Shown here one piece after another: positions 10,151 to 23,244 of a DNA stretch of 64,000 nucleotides. The position numbers and the translations under genes are program-made. The stretch lies in NCBI GenBank assembly GCA_043228905.1, contig JBHGNT010000010.1, forward strand, positions 21,638,001 through 21,702,000, written 5' to 3'. Origin of the DNA: Azolla caroliniana. Taxonomy: Eukaryota; Plantae; Polypodiophyta. The number at the start of each line of letters is the position of its first letter. The stretch's first letter is position 1. The notes under the pieces are model-generated. The model worked only from the letters and a program-made list of their open reading frames with translations, was not told the origin of the DNA and did not search any database.

Positions 10151-10544
10151 TGTTAGGAACAGTACTAAGATAGAGAAGGAATTAGTACTAAAAGAAGTAT
10201 TAGTACTAAGAGAGGTGAAGAACTCTCGAGAGAAGGAAAGAGTGAGTGAGAGGGAGGGAGAGAGAGAGAGAGAGAGAGAGAGGGAAAGAGATGATAAGAA
10301 AAGATATATATTATGTGAAGAGAATGTACAGTAATAGCTAGGAGGCTTAAGACTGGCGGTGAACCGATTTGGTTCGAAATAATGCCTTGTGCCTCCTTTT
10401 ATAGTGTTCTCAGGAATACTCCTGAAGTTTCTAGAATGTTCTAGAGAAAATAATTTTTTACGTATTACAATGTATGGTGTAATGGTCAAGAGCTCGACCC
10501 ATGTAGCATAAGGTCATGGGTTCGAATCTTGCCATATCATGACA
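10151..10544 (-). repeat. 5' LTR of the left Tcn1-like chromovirus
   Basis: The minus strand starts TGTCATGATA, as at 49957, and ends ...CCTAACA, followed by GTTTGAACCG as at 50436. TATA at ~10397-10404 and a CT-rich U5. Confidence 0.85.
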
Positions 10545-13500
10545 TGTGGTACGTTGATTCCGGTGCATCAAATCACATGACGAACCCGGAACAACCGGGA
10601 GTTGTCGAAACTGGAGACGACACTCTTCACCCAATCATGCATATCGGTGAAGTCCCTTTGAGCCACGTCGGACAAAGGGGGAAACTGATGAACGTATTAC
10701 ACGTTCCGACTATCACGAAGAACCTAGTATCGGTCCGACAGATCGTCGACCAGGGAATGCAGGTGCGGTTTACGCACCTCGGGTGCTTCATCGAGGAGGA
10801 GGGCCAGATTATTGCACAAGGGCACAAAGACGGGAGGATGTTCATCCTCGACACCAATGACGTCGGCACCGCTTTGTTCGCCAATGGACAGAAGATTGAA
10901 TCGAACATCGATCTCTGGCACAAGCGGATCAACCACGTCAATTACCGGAGGCTTCAAGACCTGCAAACGAAACAAGTTGTTTTCAGTTTGCCAAAGTTCA
11001 CTGGCCGGAAGGCCCAAGTATGTGAAGCCTGCCAATTCGGGAAGCAACACCGGCTTCCATTCCCCACCGAATGAAACCGTAGCCGTAACAAGCTCGACCT
11101 TATTCATTCAGATGGGGACCGGCACAGAACGTGAGTCTTGGCGGGAGTCGATACTTCGTCTCCTTCATCGACGACTATAGCCGGCACACATGGATCTACC
11201 ATATTGAGCAGAAGAGCGAAGTCTTCGACTGTTTCCGGAACCTCCAAAGCATGGTGGAACGGGAATCGAAGAGTAAGATCAAGTACCTGCGGTCAGATGG
11301 CGGAAAAGAATATTTTTCTGGCCAATTCAACAGTTATCTGCAACAAACAGGAATTCGGAGAGAGTTCAGCTGCAGATACACACCGGAGCAAAACGGTGTG
11401 GCCGAAAGGAAGAACCGGTCGCTTGTCGACGCGGCAAGGGCAATGCTGGAAGAGAAGAGCATGCCCCATTTCTACTTGGCGGAGGCAGTCCGGACGGCCG
11501 TCTACATCCAAAACTGGATCGGTGACAAAGTGTCCGCACATGAGTTGTATTTCGGGCGCAAGCTGAATTTGAGACACCTTCGGATTTTCGGCACCATAGC
11601 ATATGTGCATGTGCCAGATGAGAAGTGGAGGAAGCTGGATGCAAAATCAGAGAAGTGCATCCTCGTCGGCTACTCACATGAGCAAAAGGGGTATAAGTGT
11701 TATAACCCCCGGACAAAGCAGGTCCGAGTTAGCCGCGATGTTGAGTTTGATGAGACGGAATCATGGTATGCCTTACCGGCTCCGACTTCCGACCCCGACC
11801 CGATATCGGAGGATGAGGCTAGTGAGCCTGAACCGGTCCAGATAGAAGATGATGAATCCGGGACTCAAGAAGAGAGTCCGGAATCGTTTCGGTTGAGTGG
11901 ACCGAACGAGAGACTGGGTCAATCCGACCAGTCAGAAGAGGAACCGGCAAGTAGTGAAGACTCTGTCGTGCCCTCCCCGCACAAGGACCCGAGGAGACGG
12001 TTCATGCGCAAAGAGAAGGGGAAGAAGAAGATGTCGAATTATGAAACTGGTAATGATGAGTCGGATCAGAGCGGGTCCGACTCCGGAAAGGAAAATGACG
12101 GCTCTTCGGCACCGAAGACCGAACCGGCCAAGAAGGGTCTCAAACCGGGTAATGGTGGGTTACGCCGGTGAACCCGCCAGAAGGAATCTGTTAAGCGGTA
12201 CGGGTACAATGAGTACATGGCGCATCACTATGTGTACATGACCCAGGTGGCGGAAGTGCGTGAGCCAAAGAGCTTCGCAGAAGCGGCAAGGGATGCAAAT
12301 TGGCGTGTCGCTATGGAGGAAGAGATGCGGGCACTTGATGCCAACGATACATGGGACCTGGTTTACCCTCCCCGTCACAATAAACCGATCGGATGCAAGT
12401 GGGTGTACAAGGTAAAGTACAACGTCGACGGTTCAGTCAACTAGTACAAGGCCCGGTTAGTGGCAAAGGGATACGTGCAGACCCACGGAATCGACTACGA
12501 CGAGATCTTCGCTCCGGTAGTGAAGATGACGACGGTTCGTGTGGTGCTAGCGGTTGCTGCGGCAAGGGAGTGGCATCTTCACCAGATGGACGTGAAGAAT
12601 GCATTTCTTCAAGGCGATCTAGAAGAAGAGGTCTTTATGACCCAACCTCCTGGTTTTCAGTCGGAGATGAACAAGTCGATTGTATGCCGGCTGAAGAAGT
12701 CACTTTATGGCCTGAAGCAAGCCCCCCAAGCTTGGAATGCAAAGATTACGCACCGGTTGCGTAAGTTGGGGTTTGCGGCCTCCAAGTCTGACTCTTCGTT
12801 GTTCATCCGGCAAGGTTTGGACGATCCGGTTTGCATCTTGTTGTATGTTGATGATCTACTCATCACCGGACCCGGACTCGATGAAATCAATCGAGTCAAG
12901 TCCCAGCTGTCAGACGCATTTGAGATGAAGGACCTGGGGGACCTTCACTATTTCCTTGGGATCGAGGTGATCCGAACCCCCAACGGCATATTGCTCTCAC
13001 AAAGACACTATGTGTTGAATATGTTGTACAAGTTCGGCATGACGGAATGTCGCCCTATTTCTACACCCTTGTACCGGAAACAGAAGCTCTGTCCCAACTC
13101 CGGACCGGCCTGCGATGAGAAAGGGTTCCTACAAATTGTCGGAAGCCTTATATATTTGACCATCACCCGACCCGACATCAGCTATCCAGTCGGTGTGATT
13201 AGTCAATTCATGCAGACACCGACCGTCGAGCATCTTCAATGCGCGCACCGAATACTGTGGTATGTGAGCAGCACGAAGGACCGGGGACAGTTATACCAGC
13301 GCAGTATGACCGAAGAGCTAGTCGGCTACACGCATGTCGATTGGGCCGGCGATGCATTAGATCGTCGTTCCACTTCCGGCTATATGTTTTCCCTTGGTAG
13401 CGCGGTTGTTGCATGGAGCAGCAAAAAGCAGCCAACAGTGGCTCTGTCGAGCACTGAGGCTGAATACCGGGGCACTACCGTTGCCACCTGTAAAGCCATT

Positions 13501-14858
13501 TGGCTTCGGCAACTGCTGCAAGACCTGCGGATCGAGGTGCCAACCCCGATCCTGATCTACTGTGACAACATAAGCAGCATGCAGCACGCCAAGAACCCCG
13601 TATTCCATGCTCGCACAAAGCACATCGAAGTGCACTACCACTTCGTGCGTGATGAGCGGTGAAGTCGAACTTCGGTATGTTCATACGGATCGGCAAGTTG
13701 CTGACATCTTCACCAAACCGCTCGGATCGGACAAGTTGTAGCACTTCACCGAAATGCTTGGTGTTCAGCATCTCGACGTGCCACACTTGAGGGGGAGAAT
13801 GGGCAAAGACACCACCGGAACGGGCAAAGGCAAAGAGACTACCGATTGCGCCGATTGGGGAAGAACCGACAAGGGGAAAGACAAGAAGAAGAAAGGAGCC
13901 GAGTCGACAAAGGAAGTTGACACATCCAAACAAGTCAGAACAAGTAGCAGCAAAGGCAGAATCAAGAAGGACAAAGCCGACCGGAAGAAGAAGGCCAAGA
14001 CCCGGACATGGTCTGATGTGGTGAAGGGCCTCGAACCAAAAGACAAATCGGGAGCAACCGATTCGGACAAGAGCTAGAACTAATCGGAGACAACCGATTC
14101 GGTTCTATAGAAGGATTCGGAAGAACCAGATCAATTCAAGGCCAAGAGGACAAGAAGGCAGCAAAAGTCGACGCCAACACGAAGGGATCGGCAAATCGGC
14201 AAAAGCCAAAGTCACAACAGCGAGGGAGCTCAATTGGGCTTGTTGAGCAGACAAGCCGACCAAGGAAGTCGAGGTGCGCAGGAATAGAAGGGTCGCGGCA
14301 AACAGGACCGAACCGGACCGGACGAGGAGCGCGAGTGAGGCGGAGTGACGCCAAAAGGAGCCAGGTGGAAGGATTGGCTGCCATAGAGACTGACACTACG
14401 ATTGACCTCAAATTGAGCTTGAGGGGGAGTGTTGAGTGGCAAGCTCAACCGGATCTGGATCGGCTAGCTTGAGCCGGATCGGCATCCAGAAGGGTGAGCC
14501 GGTGAGCAAGTGAGCCGGTGAGTTGGGGAGCCGGTTAGTTGGATCAAGTAGCAACTTGTCTACTAGGGAGTTAATATCTCGTAGTTAGTGTCAGACACTC
14601 GTGTGAGCATTGAAGTACACTGTACTTCTGTCAGTCCAGATGGACTTGTATAAAAGTGTTCACTGAACACATATGATGTACAGACTGAGTAGTATTTTTT
14701 GAATTGAGTTTTTGTGTGCTCTCTCTCTGTCTCTGTCTCTCCCGCGTACTGTTAAGCTCTCCATTAAACCTGTTTTTTGCTTTCTGTTTTCTATTGCTTC
14801 CGCACACTATTTGTTTCTACAGACTGTTTTCTGATAAGGTGGAGTGGTTTACTCAACA
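10545..14858 (+). mobile_element. Decayed Ty1/Copia retrotransposon, 3' part (PR, GAG-pre-integrase, IN, RT, RNase H, PPT, 3' LTR)
   Basis: WYVDSGASNHMT, LWHKR..H, LRSDGGKEY, EQNGVAERKN, QMDVKNAFLQG, LYVDD, ALSSTEAEY, RTKHIEVHYHF, broken by stops and frameshifts. PPT GAGGGGGAG at 14421-14429. Confidence 0.93.
14430..14858 (+). repeat. Copia 3' LTR
   Basis: Starts right after the PPT. 8-bp terminal inverted repeat TGTTGAGT...ACTCAACA. TATAAAA near 14649. Confidence 0.8.
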
Positions 14859-14940
14859 CCAAATTATTTACTTAAGCCGATGGACCTTAGGATTTAGAAA
14901 AAAGGGGATCTGTGGTATATCTTGTATGTATAGCCTTACG

Positions 14941-15910
14941 TGTCACAGACACACCAACCACAGACTGGGACAGAGCACGGATGATGGGGCTACGAGTGAC
15001 AGGCTGTGAACTTTGAGCTAGAAGTGATGAGGCTAGAAACTCAGGAACGACAAAAGTGAATGAAGACAGAGATAAAAATCAAGGAGACAAGATGAGGAGA
15101 AATGAGAACACTATATTGATGTGTCAATGACTAGTGTTGAATCCCTTGAAAGGGACAAAGGAGGTTACAAGTATTTATACATGTTCCGAGATTGAATATC
15201 TCTAGAATATATGTTACGGGCATGACCATATAATATCCCGTGGTGAGAATTTACCGTAGTATTCTATACACGTGGATAAGTGTGAGGGTTAAATGAGAGT
15301 GTAAAGAAGGGGAGGATTACTTTTAATCCTCGGGATTCAGACAACCCATTGGGCCAAGTGTGAACATGGTTGGGGGCCTTGGGTATCGCTATAAATAAGA
15401 GGCCTAGCTACCCTCATTTGATCATCTTGTTGACTACGTCGAGACTCTGTCTTGTGGTGGGTCAACTCTTGTAGCGAGCACGCCAACACTAGGTACGACT
15501 CGACACCATGGCGGTGGTATGGGACGCTGATTGAGGCTCGAGTCCGTCTCGATCCCTTCGCTCAAGGGTGGTCGGGTGGATCGGCACCCTTCTTTCTCTC
15601 TCTCCTTGCTATCTATCTATCTATTTTCTATCATTATCTCATGCTTACATTAGTTGATGTCTCTAATAATATACTTGAGAAATGTCTTTAGAATATACTC
15701 GTCTAGAATATGTCGTACAATATTTCTAGAATATACTAACGACTAGAATATTTTAATTCTGAAATATACTATATGCTAGACTATAGAATACTAAACAATT
15801 ATATACAAATGCATGTTCATATCAAAATGGTTGAGCATGACATCATGTAGATGTGAGGTTGCATGTTCAATCCTCACTAACTACGTATTTGACGTCACTA
15901 TGTTGTGACA
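14941..15910 (-). mobile_element. Chromovirus-type 3' LTR remnant carrying a nested solo LTR
   Basis: TGTCACA...TGTGACA termini. The minus-strand PPT AAGGGGGATAA abuts 15910, compared with AAGGGGATAG before 55275. CTAGAATA repeats resemble the other chromovirus LTRs. Confidence 0.6.
15212..15668 (+). mobile_element. Solo LTR with 5-bp TSD ATATA
   Basis: TGTTA...TAATA (CA end mutated to TA), flanked by ATATA at 15207-15211 and 15669-15673. Internal CTATAAATA near 15389. Confidence 0.55.
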
Positions 15911-16402
15911 TTATCCCCCTTTATGGCCGCCTATTCGAAAGCGTGGTGTAGGGGTGGACGAGAATTGGAGCACTGATGGGCGTGAGGAACCATATGTTGT
16001 CCTCACCGGAGACTAGAACACCAACGGACGTGAGCAACCATGGGTGGTCCTCACCAGAGATTGGAACACCGACAAGCGTTTTCTAATATTAATTTAATTG
16101 TATCTTTTTTTCGAAAAAATAAACTACTACAATTTATCATTTGTGATATTTTTACAAAATTAAAATTAAAACATTTTCCCTCACTCATCTCCCCCCTCAT
16201 GCAACTCTGTTATTGCTATGTTCTTCTAGTTCTCTATCGCTTCGCTACTATACTCGATTGGGGTAAGTACCTTTGACGTCTCTCTTTCCTGGTCAACCTT
16301 TGTTGGCTGGATATTTGGGGATGGAGGAGAAATATGACATTATACATCTGCCTCTTTAATACATCAAATATATTTAGTCTATGTCAAATATAATGCAAAA
16401 AG

Positions 16403-16800
16403 ATGGTAGGAAATTTGATTTCTCACTTACAAACAAAATTGGATCTGAGTGAATGCTCTCAACAAGTACACGATGCAAAGGCTTATCGAGTGGAATTATA
16501 TGGCTTTATTGATAAATTGTGTTTGAATTGCAAAGGTTATACCATGAATGACGCTTCGCGTTTGTTTTGCAAAATGAAGTATTGGCATGATAGTTTCCCT
16601 AACTTGATAACAATGTGGGAAACTATTTTGGTTATATCATATAGTGCTAATATTGCTTTTCAAAAAGGGTTCTCTAAGCATAATGTCATTAAGGATAAGC
16701 AAAGAAACAAAGTGATCATACACAAGTATCACTGGATAACCTAGATATTCATGAAATGCAAAGGGATCATGGTTCCAAATTTGGAAAGATGAGAAGATCA
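16403..16800 (+). pseudogene. hAT transposase C-terminal dimerisation-domain remnant
   Basis: FPNLITMWETILVISYSANIAFQKGFSKHNVIKDKQRN resembles the hAT motif FPxL...S.A..ER.FS....K...RNRL. Confidence 0.55.
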
Positions 16801-18639
16801 AAGGGCTCATTTGATGTTAATTAACAACGATGGAGAAACAAGCTTTTATTGGAATTCTATTGGAATGTGTCATCATAATATGTGCTTAAATATAGGTTTT
16901 ATCAATATAACTTTGAAAAGACTATCATATACTTTATAAGAATTTTTTGGGGGGCAAACTACCAAATGGTGTGAAATGACAAGTAAGATTTTTAGAAGAC
17001 TATCGTGGAATCTTTGCTCAACAAGCAAGGTTGACTATGTACAATAAACACATATAAACATGCACCTTCCTCAAAGGTGTTTTACAACTCTAATAGATGT
17101 ATTGCTAAAAAGCCAAAGTATTACAATTCTACTATTGATCCTAATTTCCCAACATCATTAGTATTTGTGAAGAGCATGATTTTAAACCATCCAAAGAATC
17201 ATTATCAATTGTAAAAACTTCCACATGCATGAACATTGTTGTTATTGATCTCAAATAAACCAGATCTACTCATATTTGTAATCATGGTTTGCCTCATACC
17301 CCAATTTGCACTGCAATAGGCAATAATATGTTTTTCTCTTTATTTCTTTCTCGCTTGAGTCTTTGAATATTGATTTCAAGAATCTTTTTTTTTGCCCCTC
17401 AAGGGAGACTCATTGCGATATATGAGACAGTCGGGGCCTAAATGGGGGCAGGGTAAGGGCATTACGGTAAATAAGAGAAAGTGAGGGGTATTCATTGTGT
17501 AATAAATAAAAAGAATCTATTCATTAATGTTATTGATTGTTTATATAATCATAGCCAAACTTTGACTTATTTGTGCAACAATTGGAATCACCAACCATTA
17601 CCACATTTTAGCTTAAATGTGAAATATAAAAAATGGTGTGCTACAAGTTTTTGTAGAAAAATAGATTTAATTGGAATATTTATACCTAACAAATAAATAA
17701 ACTATGTTAGAACTAGAAGCTCAAAAGTGATTTAGTACACAAAATATCCAGCTCGAAAGTGAATCAATGTAGACAAGTTAGTAATATGCATACGTTTAAC
17801 AATGAGATTGACATCTTGATGGTTGCATGTTGTTCTTATTCCTAACTTTACATAAAGCCATGATGTCTTGATCTTTCAACTATGAAAAACATGTTACGCA
17901 TATCATTTCTTAAATTATAGATGACTTTGTCGTGAATTTTGTATTCACATATATGGACAAGCCCTACTAATAAAATTGTATATGATGCTCCAATTTTTTG
18001 GAGATATTGAACTACAATGTGAGTGGATATTCACTCGTGCATGTGTGTATATACTTGCTAAAGGTTTCTCTAAAGAATGGCTTTTTTAAGTTCATATACT
18101 ATAAATTTTTTGTTTGCATATTTCAGATTCCATTCTAAAATAATTCTCTTGGTATATATGCGATAAAAACATGTGCATAAGCTATTAACTTTTGTAACAT
18201 TGAATTTATTGAAAATATACTACGATTGTAAAGTAAGTTTTTATAAGCTCAAACTATAAACTTCTTTGAAAAAGCAAGAATAAGTAAGTATTTACAATTT
18301 TTATTTTATTTTTTCCAAAAAATAAGTATTTACAAATTGATATAGCACATTAGCAACCAAAACTAATTATTATATAATATGTGGAGCAAACAATTTGCCA
18401 ATTTGCAAGGAAGTGCCTTCGCTACAGTGAACTAAAGATCATGCAAAAAAGTAATAAATAAATAGCAAAGTGGCGAAAGTGGATCAATTACATGCACTTT
18501 TAACAAAATAATTGGTGTTAGTGATGCTTTTAGAACGAATATGACTTTAGACATTTCTTCTATTTGCATCATATAAATGAAGACATTATTTGCACAAAAA
18601 AGCTCAACAATCTACATATATAGAAATGTCCAACACTTT

Positions 18640-19121
18640 CTTTCTTTCTTTTTTCTCCAAAATAAACACTACTTCGCATTAGTTAGCAAACAAAGTACAT
18701 CAAAGACCATCAAATTTCGGCAAAACTCGCGTTGGCCTTCTTACCAAAGTGATCATAGTGCCCACCCCCTCATTTACAACAAAAGTATCCCATCAACTCT
18801 TTTAACATGGTAATTAACTTGTAACACAACTATACATATTTACAGCTCCTGGTCACTAATGGAAGCCATTGGCAGAAACAACCATATGGGTGCTTGGTTG
18901 TTCCATTTAGGCCCTAATGATGATCTTACCACCATAGGAGAACTGCCCCATTTCTGCAGAAACTTTGACCAAGCTCTTTCTGCTTCATCCAATTCCCCCT
19001 TAATCGAGTCGTACCGTCCCCGCAGCGAAGATACCAGCTTAAACCAGATGTTTAACAACACCTCACCACTTGGGAGCTTTTGTTATTGAAAAACAAACTT
19101 ACAACGCCTAGTCCAAATGTG
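18640..19121 (-). mobile_element. 5'-truncated LINE copy (3' end of the same family as 46537-47000)
   Basis: Colinear similarity to 46550-46990. T-rich tail at the left end. TSD CCAACACTTT at 18630-18639 and 19122-19131. Confidence 0.8.
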
Positions 19122-20071
19122 CCAACACTTTTTATTAAAAAGATACAAGCATTTTTTGTCATGAACCTAGGCTTACACACTAAACATTCTTCAAATGAGA
19201 CATTGCCCTTTTACAAAGACATCACTTAAAGATATAGCAACATATAGATGTAACAATTTTAAGTATTGTTTGGAGAAGATTTGTATTGCAACAAATATTG
19301 AATTTCTTTGCTATATAAATGGGGCTAATATGTGACAAAATCAGAATGCCTAGACAAAATACAATGATTCGCCACCCAAATACAATCTCCTTTATGAAAT
19401 CACTTTCCATAATTGGGGGCAATATGTGATAAATGGCGATGTCTAGACAAAAGAAAAGGATTCCTCATCCAAACACCATCTCCTTTTTTTCCGACAAGAA
19501 CCTCAATGTCAAAACTCGGTGCATTATGCAAAAGTTGATTTTGAGTGTGAACACCTAATAAACATAGTTAAAAGTAAAAACTTAAACTCAATAAACAAAT
19601 ATATTGTCTCCTTCATTGAGTGAAATAACTCACTAAATGCATGTATGTAGGAAGACAATCCTTAATATAAATTTAACAATATACACATTAGAATATTCTA
19701 GTATAGGTATGAAACGATACGTACGACACTAACATGTGTCAAGACGGACGTGGCACCTACAAGCGTTGGATATATTTTGATGTAGGTACTATACAAAGAC
19801 TTATGACACCCACTCACATACATTATAATATCTTGACATATTGATGTATAAGAACCGGTGAATGAATTTCACATATGCATAGTGATGGTATAGAAGACAA
19901 AGAATGAGTGTACTAATTTCCCCAAAGAGACTAAAGTGGCCTATGAGACCAGAATAATATTGGCATTTTATAGTATGCTCGCTCGCTTGAGAAATGCATT
20001 GGATGCAAGCAGGGCAATCAACAAAAATATGGCACATGGAAATACCACACGTGAAATATTGTAATGCATGA

Positions 20072-20107
<36 letters not shown>

Positions 20108-23100
20108 GTATATACGGTTATACAATATTGAAGCCAAAGTGTATCGAATCTCGATGTGTGCTTAAGTCAATGTGTGGCCCCTTTCATATTGCAGCTTTTG
20201 AGATAGACATAATGTGTTTGTTTGTTTTATCACTTTCCATATCACAACAATGGACAAGAATTAATAGTCTTGTCAAATCCGTGATTGTGTTTCCTTCTCA
20301 AGGTTCAATGAGGAGAAATTGCACAAAATATAATGCAGTCATAATTCTTCAACTTCGAGTAAGAGGCACACACTTTCCATGTCACAATATTGGACACAAT
20401 TAATTGCCTTGACAAATCTGCAATCGTGTTTCCTTCCGAAGGTTCAATTAGAAGAAAATACACAAAAAAAAACGTAGTTCTCATTCTTCGACTTCGACCA
20501 AGAGGTGCATCGAGACAAAGGGATACTAGAAATGAGCAATTGTAGCTTGGAAGGGAATCCCCCATCATGTTCCTCGTTAGGCTACTAGTTCAACAACCTC
20601 TCTCTTTAATGCACGCCCCATAGCAAAATTATTTGAATATAAACAAATGCCATGATTGCATCCAATTTTGGAGCTTCTTCAATATTTTATTCATACTTTA
20701 CACCCTCTTAATTGCCTACCTCGATTGTGCCTAGCCATTGTTTGTTGTTTTTTCTCGTATCTCAACCTAGCAACAATATGCATCTCGTGTTTTGTAATTA
20801 TCATCAGCCTATAATCTCATTATAGATTTAAAAATGATTGGGTTGAAACTAATAAACGTGTCTCATAAAAAATGATAATAACACTCCGAATTACAATAAT
20901 GTTGAAAATTGAAATAGTATGCCTCACACAATTTGCCACCACACTCAAATGACAATATATCGCCCCGTTACAAACTATAATATCATCACAAAGAGAAAAT
21001 ATGAATCAAAGGTTTCATTTTAAAGTTGGCATAACTTATTTTCAACTTAACAATAATGCATATTAAAGGATAGAACTTATAAAGAAAATTCATATCAATA
21101 TATCTATATTTGATTGCAATTTCTTCTATCACCAGTCCCAACATTAAATGATGAAATATTGAACAACTAGTCCAAGGCCTAAAATAATATATCACATAGT
21201 TAGGTTTTAGGACCTCTCATTGAGAGGGGGGAGCTCATACATATTTAATTAATATTATATTGCGAGATGTGCTCAACTATAAATTGTTATATCCTAAAGA
21301 ACTTATTACAATGATGGTGCCATGTGCATTAGCTTCATTGCCAAGATGAATGGAGAAGATTGATTTAGATGATGATTTAAGACAAAAATATTGGCAATAA
21401 CGTTAAACCTGCATGAATAGTAATTAATGGTTGCTAAGATTCAAGAATAGGTCTTGCAGTCAAATTTAATGTTTGCCATCATATTAATGCAATTTCTGAA
21501 GTCAATAGAGACATAAATAAGTTTTTTTTGGAAACTAACTTCTTAAGGCTGAATTCATTGACATAACTTACCAATTGTTGTTATGTAAACTTAAGTTACG
21601 ACTCACAATTAAACATTTTTGCTTCAAATAAAGCATCAAAAGGTCTTTATGGGGACAAAGTTCATGGGGCTAATGAAGTGTTCAATAAGTTGCAAGGATC
21701 TATCTTTCAATGCCGATTTTATGATCGAGTTAACACACTTGTCATGACCATATTCATCTAGTCAAGCCATTTGCAAGTTGTTTTCATGAGCCAACTTTGT
21801 AGTAAAAAACTAACACGCTTGACCATTTTCATCTAGGTAAGCCACCATAAGTTTTTGAAGCCAATTCAATAGTTTATTGTAGATTATCTATTGGAAGAAG
21901 CTGATTTGATGCTCGAACTCATACATTTCGTTTGTATAACAACTACCACTAAATTCTGTAGTGTAGTACATTAACAATCAGAACACATACAACATTGGTG
22001 AGTCAACATACTAAAGTTATGGAAATACCTTGAGCGGTCAGAGATCGATGCCATTTGACCACATCAACTGCCATATTGACGCATGGAAATTCTATGTCAT
22101 CGTGGGTTCTTACCATAGGATAAATTATGGTCATGCCCGTAACGGTTTTGGGGTAAGCACTACATGAAGCAATGGAACGACGCACTATGCGTGAGTAGTG
22201 GTGAGGCTACTACAATCCAAGACAAATGACACGGCATGTTCTTCTTGTAACAAATAGAGGCCGAAATGCGGGGAAAGTGTGGGTACATATATGTCTTGTA
22301 TTGTATGTACTATGTATGTATGTGCAAAGCGGAGGGGACGAAAGGAAAAAGGAGAGGAAAGAGAGAGAGAGAGAGAGAGTAAAAGAGCTCCCTCTCACAA
22401 GTGGGACACCTGATATTGCTATAAATATCTATAATATAAAATATACAATGTATTTATATTGAGTTACATGATGTATGCACTTAATGTTGCTATATAATAT
22501 AAATTGTAGTATTTATACATATTGAGTTACATGATGTATGTATGTGTGTGTGTGTGTGTATGCATGCATACACACATTTTGTTAACTGGATAGCGACTTG
22601 AGAATCCAATAACACTCTATGTACATATATTTCCTCTCTCTCTCACGCCCACCCACCCACCCACCCCCACCCCCATCCCATCTCCTCCTGTCTCACACCC
22701 CCCCCTCCCCCCCTCCACACACTCACGCCCCCTCTCTCTCTCTCTCTCTGATTTCATGCTAGCCTTTGCTTCCTTTCCCCCCTCAATAAAGAAAGCCTCT
22801 TCTTGTGGAATAACGCCATAGCCATTAACACACGCACGCACACACACACACATTATCCAAGGTCTCCTCAGAACCTTCCTCTCCCTTGCAAAGTTCCATT
22901 CTGAGGTATTTGCACTCTTTCTTTTAAGCTCATATGCTTTTGTGCTTTCTGTAGAAGAAGAAGAAGAAATATAACTCCCATTTAAATATGGAAGCTCAGA
23001 TTGATATCGAGAGAGATCTGTATTTGGCATATCCATCCTAATATGGGATTGTAGAACGATACCTTTTGGGAATATTCTTTTACTGCGAAATTCTCGAGGG

Positions 23101-23244
23101 ATATCTGTATCGGGAGTTTACTCGTGCTATGAAATTCTCCATTTCTTTTATTTCAATCTATCGTCTTGAATGGGTGAATATAAAACGCTAATCTGTTTTT
23201 TGTTCCCGCTTCTTCTCATTGCAATTTATTAATCATGTGCAGAA

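Larger units (their letters stand above)
104..10544 (-). mobile_element. Decayed Ty3/Gypsy chromovirus (Tcn1-like), interrupted by two younger LTR insertions
   Basis: 5' LTR at 10151-10544. Gag starts at 10057. Protease remnant, RT (YLDD), RNase H and integrase HHCC start (HDTYTVGHFG) are present. It is colinear with the chromodomain-bearing copy at 49957-55735. Confidence 0.9.

Noticed and set aside
10468-10534. Functional tRNA gene
   Set aside because: The A/B boxes are present, but acceptor and anticodon stems do not pair and the sequence is inside an LTR.
20255-20520. Degenerate ~139-bp direct duplication (a similar ~95-bp one lies at 61320-61480)
   Set aside because: Two decayed copies in AT-rich intergenic DNA with no further structure.
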